A DNA stretch of 64,000 bases from Minisyncoccota bacterium. Its GTDB lineage: Bacteria > Patescibacteriota > Minisyncoccia > Phycocordibacterales > UBA9973. The DNA is taken from contig JBAZVG010000001.1 of the NCBI GenBank assembly GCA_041661005.1, positions 671,515-735,514 of the forward strand, in the 5' to 3' direction. Both the position numbers and the translations under genes were made by a program. Below the pieces are notes generated by a model. That model was given only the letters and a program-made list of their open reading frames with translations, made no database searches and was not told the origin of the DNA. Positions 17,276 to 26,931 of the stretch are shown in pieces (the stretch's first letter is position 1; each line of letters starts with the position of its first letter).

Positions 17276-19578
17276 AATTTTTTACTTTTAATTCTTAATG
17301 AATTCGACACTACGGATACTGAAGACATAGCCATCGCGAATCCAGCAAAGACGGGGGAGAGGAGCCAGCCAAAGATCGGATAAAACAGTCCGGCTGCCAG
17401 TGGGATACCTACTATATTGTAAATGAATGCCCAGAAAAGATTTTGCTTTATTCCTCGCATGGTTATTTTTGAAAGCCTGATTGCTTTAACAAGCTTGGAG
17501 ATGTCTCCTCCAAGCAGGGTAATGCCAGCTGATTCTATTGCCACGTCTGTGCCAGTGCCCATGGCGATGCCCACATCAGCTTGCGCTAGCGCTGGGGCGT
17601 CGTTGACGCCATCGCCAGCCATCGCCACAATGTGCCCCTCTTTTTGCAGCTTTTCTATCTCTGATAATTTATCTGCGGGTAATACGTGCGCTATGACATC
17701 ATCAATGCCGACGAGCGACGCCATGTATTTTGCGGCCTTTTCGTCGTCTCCGGTAAGCATGATTACTTTGATGCCGAGCTTGTGGAGATCTTTCACGGCC
17801 TGCATTGACTCAGTTTTTATTTCATCTGCCACCATCACAAATCCCAAAACTTTTTCTGCTGTAGCAAGAATCACAGGAGTTTTTCCCTGCATTGTGTATT
17901 GTTCTAGTTTTGAATTATCGAAATCTAATTTCAGATCTTGTATCAGTTTTGCATTTCCAACAAAATATTCAACACTACCGACTGAGCCTTTTATCCCCCT
18001 GCCTTGCAAATTTTCAAAATTTTGCACCTCTAAAAGTTTTATATTTTTTCCTGCCCCGTAGGAAGTACTCTTTCCTTCGGGGTCTTGTGCATAACTCACA
18101 ACAGCGTGAGCGATAGGATGTTCAGATTTTTTTTCAAGTGATGCAAGGATTGACAAGAATTCTACATCTTTTAAAATTGAAAAATTTTTTATATCAACCA
18201 GTGTTGGTTTCCCGATAGTTATTGTTCCAGTTTTATCGACGATGACAGTGTCAACTTTGTGAAGTTTTTCTAATGTTGCGGCGTCTTTTATCAAGATTCC
18301 TTCTTTGGCGCCTTTCCCAACTCCAACAATAATGGCAGTGGGGGTGGCGAGTCCGAGCGCGCATGGACAAGCAATAACCAAGATACCGACAAAAGAAATT
18401 AGACCGAAAGAAAGCGCTTGTGAGAAACCGAGATATTGTGTGCCGATGAGGAGCCATGTGCCAAGAGTGACAAAAGAAATTATAAGCACAATAGGCACGA
18501 AGATGCTTGAAATCTTATCAGCTAGGGCTTGAATCGGTGCCTTACTTCCCTGTGCTTCTTCAACCATTTTTATAATATGCGCAAGCAATGTCTCTTTCCC
18601 GACTTTTGTCGCCTTGAATGTGAATGATCCAGTCGTGTTTATCGTCGCAGCTATTACGTCGTCTCCGACTTTTTTTTGAGCGGGCATCGGTTCGCCAGTC
18701 ACCATAGATTCGTCTATGAAAGAAGTTCCTTCTGTGATTATTCCATCAACTGGAATCTTGGTTCCAGGTTTTACAATTATCAGATCGCCATGCACAACTT
18801 GTTCGACAGGTATCTCAATTTCTTTACCACTGCGAATTACCAAAGCGGTTTTTGCTTGCAGATTTAAAAGTTTCTCAATAGCATCACCCGTTTTTATTTT
18901 TGATCGAGCTTCCAAATATTTTCCCAGCGCGATAAATGTAATGACGATGATAGTCACATCATAATAAGTGCTGTTTGTATTTATAAAAGGTTTGAGTATA
19001 TCCTCAAATGCCGAGACTGCAAAGCTGTATAGATATGCTGTCAGTGTGCCTATGCCGATGAGGGTATCCATATTTGCTTTTCCATGACGCAGAAAGCGAT
19101 AAAAACCCAAAAGATATGGTTTGCCGACAACAAAAAGTATGTATGTGGCGAATAGGGGAAGGAGGTGATGGAAAAATTCTTCAATCGTGAAACCCATCTC
19201 TGGAACTATGTTGTAGCCGGATAAAATTTCCCAACCCATTACGAATATGCTGATTACAGCTAGTGGAATAGCCGAAATTACTTTTGTTCGCATAGCTTTA
19301 ATCTCTGCCAGTTTTTCCCCGCCTGCATCAGCTGTGCTGAAAGCACTGCGGGCAGGTTTTTTAGATTGGTCAATGACGAGAGAATAACCCAATGGCTCTA
19401 TTTTTTGAGATAATTTTTCTGGGTTTGTTTTTGTTTCGTCGAAATTAATTTTTACAGACTCATTGCCATAATTTGCTTCCGCCATGTTAACCCCGTCGAT
19501 TTTTTTGAAAGTTCTCTCAATAATGCCTGCGCAAGAAGCACAATGCATGCCTTTTATTTTATATGTTTCTTTTTTCAT
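17272..19578 (-). CDS. copA: Copper-translocating P1B-type ATPase
   Basis: N-terminal HMA 'GMHCASCAG', 'CPC' in '[11 protein letters not shown]', 'DKTGTIT', '[10 protein letters not shown]'. Confidence 0.95.
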   Translation of the reverse strand: MKKETYKIKGMHCASCAGIIERTFKKIDGVNMAEANYGNESVKINFDETKTNPEKLSQKIEPLGYSLVIDQSKKPARSAFSTADAGGEKLAEIKAMRTKVISAIPLAVISIFVMGWEILSGYNIVPEMGFTIEEFFHHLLPLFATYILFVVGKPYLLGFYRFLRHGKANMDTLIGIGTLTAYLYSFAVSAFEDILKPFINTNSTYYDVTIIVITFIALGKYLEARSKIKTGDAIEKLLNLQAKTALVIRSGKEIEIPVEQVVHGDLIIVKPGTKIPVDGIITEGTSFIDESMVTGEPMPAQKKVGDDVIAATINTTGSFTFKATKVGKETLLAHIIKMVEEAQGSKAPIQALADKISSIFVPIVLIISFVTLGTWLLIGTQYLGFSQALSFGLISFVGILVIACPCALGLATPTAIIVGVGKGAKEGILIKDAATLEKLHKVDTVIVDKTGTITIGKPTLVDIKNFSILKDVEFLSILASLEKKSEHPIAHAVVSYAQDPEGKSTSYGAGKNIKLLEVQNFENLQGRGIKGSVGSVEYFVGNAKLIQDLKLDFDNSKLEQYTMQGKTPVILATAEKVLGFVMVADEIKTESMQAVKDLHKLGIKVIMLTGDDEKAAKYMASLVGIDDVIAHVLPADKLSEIEKLQKEGHIVAMAGDGVNDAPALAQADVGIAMGTGTDVAIESAGITLLGGDISKLVKAIRLSKITMRGIKQNLFWAFIYNIVGIPLAAGLFYPIFGWLLSPVFAGFAMAMSSVSVVSNSLRIKSKKL
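19317..19356. repeat. Family-3 GC-rich palindromic element inside copA CDS
   Basis: See 6561-6599. It encodes '[15 protein letters not shown]' in the linker after the HMA domain. Confidence 0.85.
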
Positions 19579-19602
19579 TTTATTTATGGTGAGCTTATCG
19601 AA

Positions 19603-19866
19603 CTATTTACGCTTGAGCTGATAAACTTTTAAAATTTCCTTGGTTGCCTTGTTTATTTGACCGTTCTTTATTTGATCCACCAAACAATGCCCCAGATGAC
19701 CTTCCATCAGAGCGTCTTCTACATTTGAAAGACCCTGCTTGATGGCAGATGTTTGAGTAATGACATCTATGCAATAGATATCTTCAGCTATCATTTTTTG
19801 CAGTCCACGCACTTGACCCTCAAGAATTTTTAATCTTCGAATCAACTTTTCTTTATTTGTATGCAT
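19603..19866 (-). CDS. csoR: CsoR/RcnR-family metal-sensing transcriptional repressor
   Basis: 'RLKILEGQVRGLQKMIAEDIYCIDVITQ...HLGHC' with the conserved Cys/His/Cys ligands. Confidence 0.85.
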   Translation of the reverse strand: MHTNKEKLIRRLKILEGQVRGLQKMIAEDIYCIDVITQTSAIKQGLSNVEDALMEGHLGHCLVDQIKNGQINKATKEILKVYQLKRK

Positions 19867-19877
19867 AGCTAAAGTAT

Positions 19878-19895
19878 ATACCCCCTAGGGGGTAT
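19878..19895. promoter_or_regulatory. 18-bp perfect palindrome ATACCCCCTAGGGGGTAT, putative CsoR operator
   Basis: It lies 12 nt upstream of the csoR start codon. GC-rich dyads of the form TACCC...GGGTA are characteristic of CsoR operators. Confidence 0.6.
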
Positions 19896-19986
19896 TGTCA
19901 ATGTGTATAACTTGTAATGACGGTGGTGTAAAAATGCTTGCTTGATATAAAAATAAATAGTGATAGTGTAATCAAAGAGGCGTAAC

Positions 19987-20532
19987 GTGTGTTATGTTCT
20001 TTGGAAACAACAGAAACCTGAAACTACCAAATTCATGAAAAAGACGATAGACAGATTACACAAGCAACTGGATGCTCACCAAGAGCAAGTTGCGGCGATT
20101 GTGTCAATGCAAGAGGTTCTTGCGGAATTCTCACGAAGTGGGAAATTACCCTCTGGTACCTCCTTTGAGGTCCATATTCAATGCTATAAGCCTGACCAGC
20201 GTTCGATCAGGACGTCGGCGGCTTCGGTGTGCCAGGCTTACGACGAAGCCGTTGCTCTGTGGAAAGAACACAATGCTAAACTCGGTGGTTGTGGCCGAGC
20301 AGAGCTTTTTGTCTGCACAGAAGCCTTGCTAGTTGCGGTATCCTGGGTGGACGCTGTACAAATTGCCAACAGTGAAAACACTGGCATGGTATTTTCTTCA
20401 ATACATTTTGGCGTTGACGACCGTTTGGTTGACGAGGTCTCCAAAACCGTCTGGAGGATAGGCGAGGAGTTGCCAGGCTGGCATGCAAACAAGTTTACCA
20501 AACACAAAACGGCAGAAGTTGTCACTGCTTGA
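19987..20532 (+). CDS. Hypothetical protein in a compositionally atypical (GC-rich, about 50%) segment
   Basis: By eye the GC content is much higher than the flanks. Both strands are densely covered by overlapping ORFs (20072-20332 +, 20238-20525 -, 20276-20488 -), as expected for high-GC DNA. A likely start is the ATG at 20035 (MKKTIDRL...). Confidence 0.45.
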   Translation: MCYVLWKQQKPETTKFMKKTIDRLHKQLDAHQEQVAAIVSMQEVLAEFSRSGKLPSGTSFEVHIQCYKPDQRSIRTSAASVCQAYDEAVALWKEHNAKLGGCGRAELFVCTEALLVAVSWVDAVQIANSENTGMVFSSIHFGVDDRLVDEVSKTVWRIGEELPGWHANKFTKHKTAEVVTA

Positions 20533-20634
20533 TGGGTTTACTTCAAAGGAATCGTCGCGACTTCCTCTTTCCATAATGGAAAAAAAATTGTCGCGTATCG
20601 TGTGGCCCGGATAATCAATATTATCTGGGCTTTA

Positions 20635-21192
20635 CTATTTATATTGCGGAGCTTCTTCTTTTGCATTAGCTGAATGATTGAACATGCGGGCGAAGGCGTA
20701 AAGGACGCTCGAAAGACGATTAAGATAGGCTAGGGTGTCTTTACCTATTTTTATTTTTCCCTCGTCTGTGACTCCGACGACTCGTCTTTCAGCTCTGCGA
20801 GCTATGGTGCGAGCAATGTCGGATAGGGTAGCGAGCTCGGTGCCTCCGGAGACGAAAAAAGTTTTAATTGGCGGGAGAGTTTTTTCTATGCTATCAATAA
20901 TTTCTTCTAGCCATTTCACTTTTTCTTCGGCAATAGTTTTGGGAGCGCCGGCAAGCTCGGCTTGAATTATAAAAAGATCTTGCTGGATGCGGTCAACTGT
21001 TTCAGAAACAGTAATTTTATTATCAGGCAAGTTAAAAGCAATTTTTTCAGCTTTTACTTTTATTAGCCCAAGAAAAGAATTTATCTCATCGAGTGAACCC
21101 AATGCTTCAGCGATGCTGGAGCTTTTAGATATTCTCTGATCACAACCAAAAGTTTTAGTTGTTCCCGTATCTCCTTTTCTGGTGTATAACAT
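20635..21192 (-). CDS. pduO: ATP:cob(I)alamin adenosyltransferase, PduO type
   Basis: 'MLYTRKGDTGTT...' PduO/MMAB N-terminus, 185 aa. Confidence 0.8.
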   Translation of the reverse strand: MLYTRKGDTGTTKTFGCDQRISKSSSIAEALGSLDEINSFLGLIKVKAEKIAFNLPDNKITVSETVDRIQQDLFIIQAELAGAPKTIAEEKVKWLEEIIDSIEKTLPPIKTFFVSGGTELATLSDIARTIARRAERRVVGVTDEGKIKIGKDTLAYLNRLSSVLYAFARMFNHSANAKEEAPQYK

Positions 21193-21365
21193 AATTTTAG
21201 TGGATTGAAACTATTTTTTGAAACTTGTTGCAGGTGTAGTTTTAGATAGACATTGCACAGGCTGACGAGCCGAGCATAGCAAATTTTCAGCAGAAAATTA
21301 TGTCGTGTCTAGATAAAACTATACCAAGAAAGAGTTTCAAAAGAAAATAGTTTCAATAATAAATT

Positions 21366-23672
21366 TTAGACTTCGCAAACTCCTGATACACAGGCAAATT
21401 CCTTTGCGCCAGTAGTGTTGTCCGCGGCTTCGTATTGAGAAAGTTTAGAGAAATCAATTTTGCCGATAGATTTGGCACGCTTCTCGTATTCTTCTTTGGT
21501 GATTGCTTCGTAGGGGGCAAGTTGATAGACATGTTCGGATCTTGGAAGGAAGGAAAGTCCACCAATCCAATCCCAGTTTTCATAAACGAAGTTTCCGACA
21601 GCTAGCCATTCGTTTGGGCCGACATAGATGGTGGCGGAAGGGTTGTGTTCCACAAAATGTTCCTTGAGTCTCTTCCATTCTTTCATCAAATCCAGCGCAG
21701 AAACTTCATCTTTAAAGATTGCCCCCTTTGGCGCTTTGACTGGGAACTCCAATACAAAGGTTGTGGCTGTCGCTTCGGATTGGCCAACTTCCGGCAAACA
21801 AGGCACTCCTTGATCTCGAGCCATTTGCAAAAGTGTGTCAGTGTGAGAGATGCGCACTCGACGGATGAAGTATGGAGCATACCAAGGGTGCATTCCTGAA
21901 CCGACGCCCAAAAGCTGTCCAGAGTTACCGTGGGGCTTTACGCAAGTGATGGCTGTAGAAGCATTTATTCCGAAACGTTTCGCGTATTTTTTATTTGTTT
22001 CTATGGAATCTGCTTTTAAAGTGTCCAATACTTTGTCGTCTCGGACTATTGGATTGTCATAATAGCCAGTGAGTGAGACGCCCAATAATCTTTCAGCTTC
22101 GCAGTTTTCTTTCCATTTCTTTGAAAGATAGCCAAAATTGGTCAAAGTGGATTGGTAAGTTCCCAGGAGTGTTGCCAATTCCATTTTTCTTTTCAAAGTT
22201 TCTACCGTATCTTTTGGACGGATAACAATACTGGTCAAGTTACAAAATTGTTTTGATCGCAAATAAATTTCTCCACAAGGATTCAGTCCGATCTGTCTTT
22301 CATCTTTGATGGCTGCCCACCTACGAGCTGGTAGCTGTTTTTCGAGTCCTCCGCGATTAAAGATTCCACGTTCGCCGGATTTTGATTTCACCAGAGCCGT
22401 CCATTCATCCAAAAATTCTTCAGCTCCTGGCTTTACATTATAAACTGCTGAATTGTTTGCCATACTCCTTTGGCCTTCGGTCAGATAAAATTGACCTTTC
22501 TTTGCATCACGCATATCCATGTCTTCGAGTTCAGAGAGGGATATGAGCGCGCTACGTCTGACTCCGCCAGCCACCACAATCATTCCTATTTGGCAAATGA
22601 TGTCGTGCATGTCCAAGTTCGAAAGGCGTCTGCCTTGTTTAGCTAAAATTTTTCGTCTTGCGAATTCCATTAAATCCATGAGTGGTTGTGGTCCGGATGC
22701 TCGTCCGCCAGCGGTTTCTAATCTCGATCCAGCCGGTCTGACAAATGAATAATCAAATTTTACATCTCTGCCATCAAACCACGCTTCAAGACCCATCACA
22801 AAAGCGTCTGCCCAGCCTTCTTTGCTGTCATTTACGATATGCGCGGTTGGCTTTTCTGCAGTTTGTTTTTTGATCTGTGGAAATTTTTGAACATTTTCCC
22901 ATTCAACAGCGAAACCAAGTCCTGCGCCACACATCGAGACATACATGATTTCTCCCAAGTCTTGCGGGCAAGTCGGAGCGATGTAAGAGCAGTTGTATGC
23001 CCAAACATTTGAGTTTCTACAAGCCTTACCGGCTGACCAGAGAAGTCGCATCGAAGGGCAAATGTCTTGATTTAAAATGGCTTCTCGAACCTCGCTATAT
23101 TCCTTGGCTGAGAGCTTGTCTCCCAAATTCTCTTTCATGTAGGCCATGTAACGGTCAATCGTCTCTACCCAAGTTTCACGACGGCCTAATTCTGGAACCC
23201 AGCGAGAGTAAAATTGATAGAAAATATATTCTGAGTAAGGGCTGGAAAAATATTTACTGGATTCTTCGACGGCTGTGCGGACCGCTTCGGACACTGGCCC
23301 GAAAGCGGCTCTGAGTTCTGAACGTCTGTTGCGATACAGGATATATTTTTTTGCTGTTTCGGTAAAACTTTGTTTCATTAATTCTTTTTCAACCAAGTCT
23401 TGGACTATCTCCACCGTCGGCAAGAATTTTGCTCCTTTGTTTTTGCTGACTAGGTCATCTCGAAGCCCGAGGAGGGTTTTAAAAACACGATTGGCTACCG
23501 CATGAGATTCCAATTCTCCTCCTTCTCCGGCAACTTCAAAAGCTTTGAAGATGGCTCGAGCGACTCTGTCTAGGTCGAACGGAACAACTTCACCAGTCCT
23601 TCTTCGGATCGATTTTATTTTTGCTCGGTCGCTTTTTAAAATTTTTTCACTTGCTGTTGTTTTTGTTTTCAT
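21366..23672 (-). CDS. nrdJ: Ribonucleotide reductase, adenosylcobalamin-dependent class II (NrdJ-like) with N-terminal ATP-cone
   Basis: ATP-cone 'RRTGEVVPFDLDRVARAI', a large RNR catalytic barrel and a C-terminal Cys pair 'CVSGVCEV'. It is co-located with pduO. Assignment to class II is inference. Confidence 0.75.
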   Translation of the reverse strand: MKTKTTASEKILKSDRAKIKSIRRRTGEVVPFDLDRVARAIFKAFEVAGEGGELESHAVANRVFKTLLGLRDDLVSKNKGAKFLPTVEIVQDLVEKELMKQSFTETAKKYILYRNRRSELRAAFGPVSEAVRTAVEESSKYFSSPYSEYIFYQFYSRWVPELGRRETWVETIDRYMAYMKENLGDKLSAKEYSEVREAILNQDICPSMRLLWSAGKACRNSNVWAYNCSYIAPTCPQDLGEIMYVSMCGAGLGFAVEWENVQKFPQIKKQTAEKPTAHIVNDSKEGWADAFVMGLEAWFDGRDVKFDYSFVRPAGSRLETAGGRASGPQPLMDLMEFARRKILAKQGRRLSNLDMHDIICQIGMIVVAGGVRRSALISLSELEDMDMRDAKKGQFYLTEGQRSMANNSAVYNVKPGAEEFLDEWTALVKSKSGERGIFNRGGLEKQLPARRWAAIKDERQIGLNPCGEIYLRSKQFCNLTSIVIRPKDTVETLKRKMELATLLGTYQSTLTNFGYLSKKWKENCEAERLLGVSLTGYYDNPIVRDDKVLDTLKADSIETNKKYAKRFGINASTAITCVKPHGNSGQLLGVGSGMHPWYAPYFIRRVRISHTDTLLQMARDQGVPCLPEVGQSEATATTFVLEFPVKAPKGAIFKDEVSALDLMKEWKRLKEHFVEHNPSATIYVGPNEWLAVGNFVYENWDWIGGLSFLPRSEHVYQLAPYEAITKEEYEKRAKSIGKIDFSKLSQYEAADNTTGAKEFACVSGVCEV

Positions 23673-23675
23673 GGT

Positions 23676-24230
23676 TTATGTTGTTTTAGGATTTAAGACG
23701 TTGATAAAGGGTATGGATTTTTTTTCTTTTTTCCGAATTAAGTAATTATAGATAGCGGGGGAGAGGATGAAAGCGAAGGCAATGTTACTTATCAGGTGTA
23801 GAGCCGTAAATGGGATTTGTCCGATTAACGACCCCCAAAACGATTGATGGAAGAATATCGGACCGACGGTGAACCCGGTCAGGCTGTCGAATAACAATGT
23901 TCCCCATATCGCAAAACGGACATAATCAGCCGTAGTGCCCTTGCTTTTTTTAAAATAACTTGTCGCCCATAGGCCGAGTATCCCAAAGGTTCCAGCGGTA
24001 AAAAAAGTCTGCATTCCGAGCGTGCCAGTCAGTGTGTCATAGAGCAAAATACTCAAGACCGCAAAAGAAAATCCTACAAAGGCTCCGTAAGCCTTGCTCA
24101 TGGGCATCATAGTCGTAAGAATCGGTTCTACATTTGGCGCGCGAAATGGAATAAGCCTTACTAGAAGGCACAAAATGAGAGCCAAAGAAAACTTAAAATA
24201 ATTTTTTTCGCCTGCGTTCATCAGAGCCAT
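23676..24230 (-). CDS. Small polytopic membrane protein, candidate B12/vitamin uptake S-component (ECF-type)
   Basis: 184 aa with 5-6 TM helices, immediately upstream of nrdJ in the same orientation. The function is inferred from context only. Confidence 0.4.
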   Translation of the reverse strand: MALMNAGEKNYFKFSLALILCLLVRLIPFRAPNVEPILTTMMPMSKAYGAFVGFSFAVLSILLYDTLTGTLGMQTFFTAGTFGILGLWATSYFKKSKGTTADYVRFAIWGTLLFDSLTGFTVGPIFFHQSFWGSLIGQIPFTALHLISNIAFAFILSPAIYNYLIRKKEKKSIPFINVLNPKTT

Positions 24231-24478
24231 TATACATGAAAATAGTCCCTTGATGTAAAGTGGATAACCGTATTTTTAGCATTAAAACACAGAATTTTTT
24301 TTTATAAAACACCTCGAGTGGAATCGGGTTTAAAAATGTAGTAAATCAGGTGTATTGGTGCGTTTATTCTACCAAATCAGAATCTATTTCTAAGATAAAA
24401 TATGGACTTGGTTTTGCGAAACTATTTTGCGGGAAGAATGCGGGGCGGGCGTTTGGGCTCTCTAAATTAATGTAGATT

Positions 24479-25483
24479 TTAATTTAGTTTGAAACTCGTA
24501 ACCATTTGGTTTAAGGTAGGATTTTTGTCTAAGTTAAGACCATTAGAAGAACCAGGAGCATATCCTACTTTTGTAATAAGTTTGTAAGCAATTCCATTTC
24601 GTATTGCACAATATTCAGTAGCACTAGCGGGACTATTCATTCCGCTCATCTCTTTACTCATACTAAATGTTAGAAAATTAATACCATTAATATTTGTATT
24701 AGTTCTGTCCGCACCACTAGCGGTATCACTACAATTAGGGGGTGACGATAAAACGCCATTATTCCAAGCTTGAGTTACTACTTGTACTATTACTGTACCT
24801 TGAGAAGTTGTAAAAAATATACTTCGTCCACCGCTTATGTCCACATCACTTATTTGAGTACCCGTAGGATGCTGAATTGAAAAACCATATTTAGTATTTG
24901 TATAAGTTTTCAAATTTGAAGTATTGGCTTGAGCAGTAATAGTGAATTGAACTGCATTACTTTTGCCAGCCATCTGTATAGTAGCTGTTTCAGGTAAAAA
25001 TAATGTTCCTTTTACTATTTGACCAGAGGCAATTGCCGAAGAATCAACCACATAAACTAATCCACTTTTTAGGCTAGGATAGTCACTTGGTTTGAATGTA
25101 ATGGTCTTTCCATCAACCGAAGGAAGACCAACCAACAAAGCAGAAGAAGAAAATACTACTGTATTTGTAGTTGAAAATCCTGTTCCCTTAATGGTAACTG
25201 TTTGGTTTGAACTGGCAGGATTTGGGCTTATAGATATTATTGATAGTGGTAAGACTGAATTATTTGTTTGTGTATTAATTGGTGGAGTAACATTATTATT
25301 CGTATTAGATGTTGTCGGCGGAGTATAATTCTGATCAGCTTGCGGGAAATAATTTGAATTATCACTTACCTCATTTTTCGGAGCTGAACTTTTTCCCACG
25401 AAGTACGCACCTCCGCCGACTGCTAAAACTCCAAGTACTACTATTAAAATTAAAACTGGCGCAAAACCTTTATTGTATTTCAT
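24479..25483 (-). CDS. Membrane-anchored extracellular protein (N-terminal TM, Thr/Asn-rich linker, Ig-like domain)
   Basis: 'MKYNKGFAPVLILIVVLGVLAVGGGAYFV' anchor, then a low-complexity 'TPPTTSNTNNNVTPPINTQTNN' stretch. Confidence 0.55.
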   Translation of the reverse strand: MKYNKGFAPVLILIVVLGVLAVGGGAYFVGKSSAPKNEVSDNSNYFPQADQNYTPPTTSNTNNNVTPPINTQTNNSVLPLSIISISPNPASSNQTVTIKGTGFSTTNTVVFSSSALLVGLPSVDGKTITFKPSDYPSLKSGLVYVVDSSAIASGQIVKGTLFLPETATIQMAGKSNAVQFTITAQANTSNLKTYTNTKYGFSIQHPTGTQISDVDISGGRSIFFTTSQGTVIVQVVTQAWNNGVLSSPPNCSDTASGADRTNTNINGINFLTFSMSKEMSGMNSPASATEYCAIRNGIAYKLITKVGYAPGSSNGLNLDKNPTLNQMVTSFKLN

Positions 25484-25627
25484 AATGATTTAATTCTAAC
25501 ATAATTACTAGCTAGCAAAAAGCTCCTAGCCAAGCGTGGCAACCGTACGGTTACCCATACCGATTTCCCGAAATGTCGTGACCAACATTCTCTAAATTTC
25601 TTTCAAAGCCGTTGAGTTCTGTTTTTG

Positions 25628-25699
25628 TGCCCTCGGTAGGAATCGAACCTACATTTCAACTTCCGCAAAGTTGCGTCCTATCCATTGGACGACGGGGGC
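25628..25699 (-). tRNA. tRNA, anticodon GCG by manual fold (tRNA-Arg)
   Basis: Minus-strand sequence GCCCCCG-TC-GTCC-AATGGATA-GGAC-G-CAACT-TTGCGGA-AGTTG-AAAT-GTAGG-TTCGATT-CCTAC-CGAGGGC-A. D, anticodon and T stems pair perfectly; the acceptor stem has one C-A mismatch. T-loop TTCGATT. CCA is not encoded. Confidence 0.75.
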
Positions 25700-25754
25700 A
25701 TTAAATCTAGACTAGCAGTTTTTTAGAAAAAACAAAAGCAAGATCAAAGATAGT

Positions 25755-26210
25755 TTAAAAACCCAAAGATTCCATTATTTTTGAAGATGGATGTTCCTTC
25801 ATTTCTTCTTCGGAAACATTTTTGAAAAGCATGATGGAACGTATATCTTCTGCCTTGTCATCATCTATGGGCATTGAGATAGCCGGCATAAATACTCTCT
25901 CTGATCTTATAAAGAGCGTAGGTTTTACTCCTGTTTGCACCCAAAAAGATTTTATATTTTCGTAAAGATAAAGGTGGTTTCTGATTTTCAACCCCTGATT
26001 GTTTAATTCATAAGAAATTAGGTCTGGTTTTTTAATTGCGAAGAACCCCAGCAGTAGTCCGCTTATAAAAAGGAGAGTTGCAAAAAAATAATTGCCGTAA
26101 ATAATCGAAGCGACAGAGCTGGTCACGACTATGACGCCGAGCGCCCAAAACCAATCAGCGCTCCGTTCTTTTTCTTCATATTCCAAGGCAGACCATTCTA
26201 GCTTGTCCAT
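25755..26210 (-). CDS. Hypothetical membrane protein
   Basis: 151 aa with two predicted TM helices and no recognisable domain. Confidence 0.45.
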   Translation of the reverse strand: MDKLEWSALEYEEKERSADWFWALGVIVVTSSVASIIYGNYFFATLLFISGLLLGFFAIKKPDLISYELNNQGLKIRNHLYLYENIKSFWVQTGVKPTLFIRSERVFMPAISMPIDDDKAEDIRSIMLFKNVSEEEMKEHPSSKIMESLGF

Positions 26211-26276
26211 GAGTTAATTATAACAACAAACGAGGAGTATAAACAAGTTTATTTGTTTGATATCCGAATGCTGTTG

Positions 26277-26891
26277 TTATATAGCAGTCTTATTTGCTTG
26301 AATAGCGGACGCTTTGGATTTAGTGACTATCTCATCAACGATTCCGTATTTTTTTGCTTCTTCGGCGTCCATAAAAAAATCTCGCTCCACATCTTTTTCT
26401 ACCTGAGCTAAAGATTTTCCAGTATTTTTTGCTAAAAGTTTGTTTAAATTATCCCTTGTTTTCAAAATATGTTTTGCCGTAATTGCGATGTCTGTGGCTT
26501 GACCCTCTACTCCGCCGAGTGGCTGATGAATCATAACTTCAGCATTTGGCAGGATGTAGCGTTTGCCTTTTTTTCCAGACGACAAGATAATCGCTCCACC
26601 GCTCGCGGCAAGACCGACACAAAAAGTAGAAACATCTGGACGTACATGGTTGATAGTGTCTACTATTGCCATAGTGGAGGTGACTGATCCGCCGGGAGAA
26701 TTTACATAGAGAGAAATATCCTTTTTTGCGTCTTCAGACTCTAGAAAAAGAAGTTGAGCGATTATGATATTAGCCGTATGATCGTCAATCGGTCCGCCTA
26801 AAAAGATAATACGCTCGCGTAAAAGCCGTGAGTATATATCATAAGCTCTTTCGCCAAATTGAGATTTCTCTATGACTGTTGGTATAAGCAT
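26277..26891 (-). CDS. clpP: ATP-dependent Clp protease proteolytic subunit
   Basis: '...[24 protein letters not shown]...[11 protein letters not shown]...MIHQPLGG' with the catalytic Ser/His context. Confidence 0.9.
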   Translation of the reverse strand: MLIPTVIEKSQFGERAYDIYSRLLRERIIFLGGPIDDHTANIIIAQLLFLESEDAKKDISLYVNSPGGSVTSTMAIVDTINHVRPDVSTFCVGLAASGGAIILSSGKKGKRYILPNAEVMIHQPLGGVEGQATDIAITAKHILKTRDNLNKLLAKNTGKSLAQVEKDVERDFFMDAEEAKKYGIVDEIVTKSKASAIQANKTAI

Positions 26892-26931
26892 ATTTATAAT
26901 ATTATCAATAAAAAGTTAAAATATCAATTTT

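Noticed and set aside
24231-24478. Cobalamin riboswitch in the leader upstream of the membrane-protein, nrdJ and pduO genes
   Set aside because: I looked for the B12-box (GCCACTG on the transcript, cagtggc on the + strand) and did not find it. The region is AT-rich without the characteristic GC-rich core. Needs an Infernal scan to be sure.
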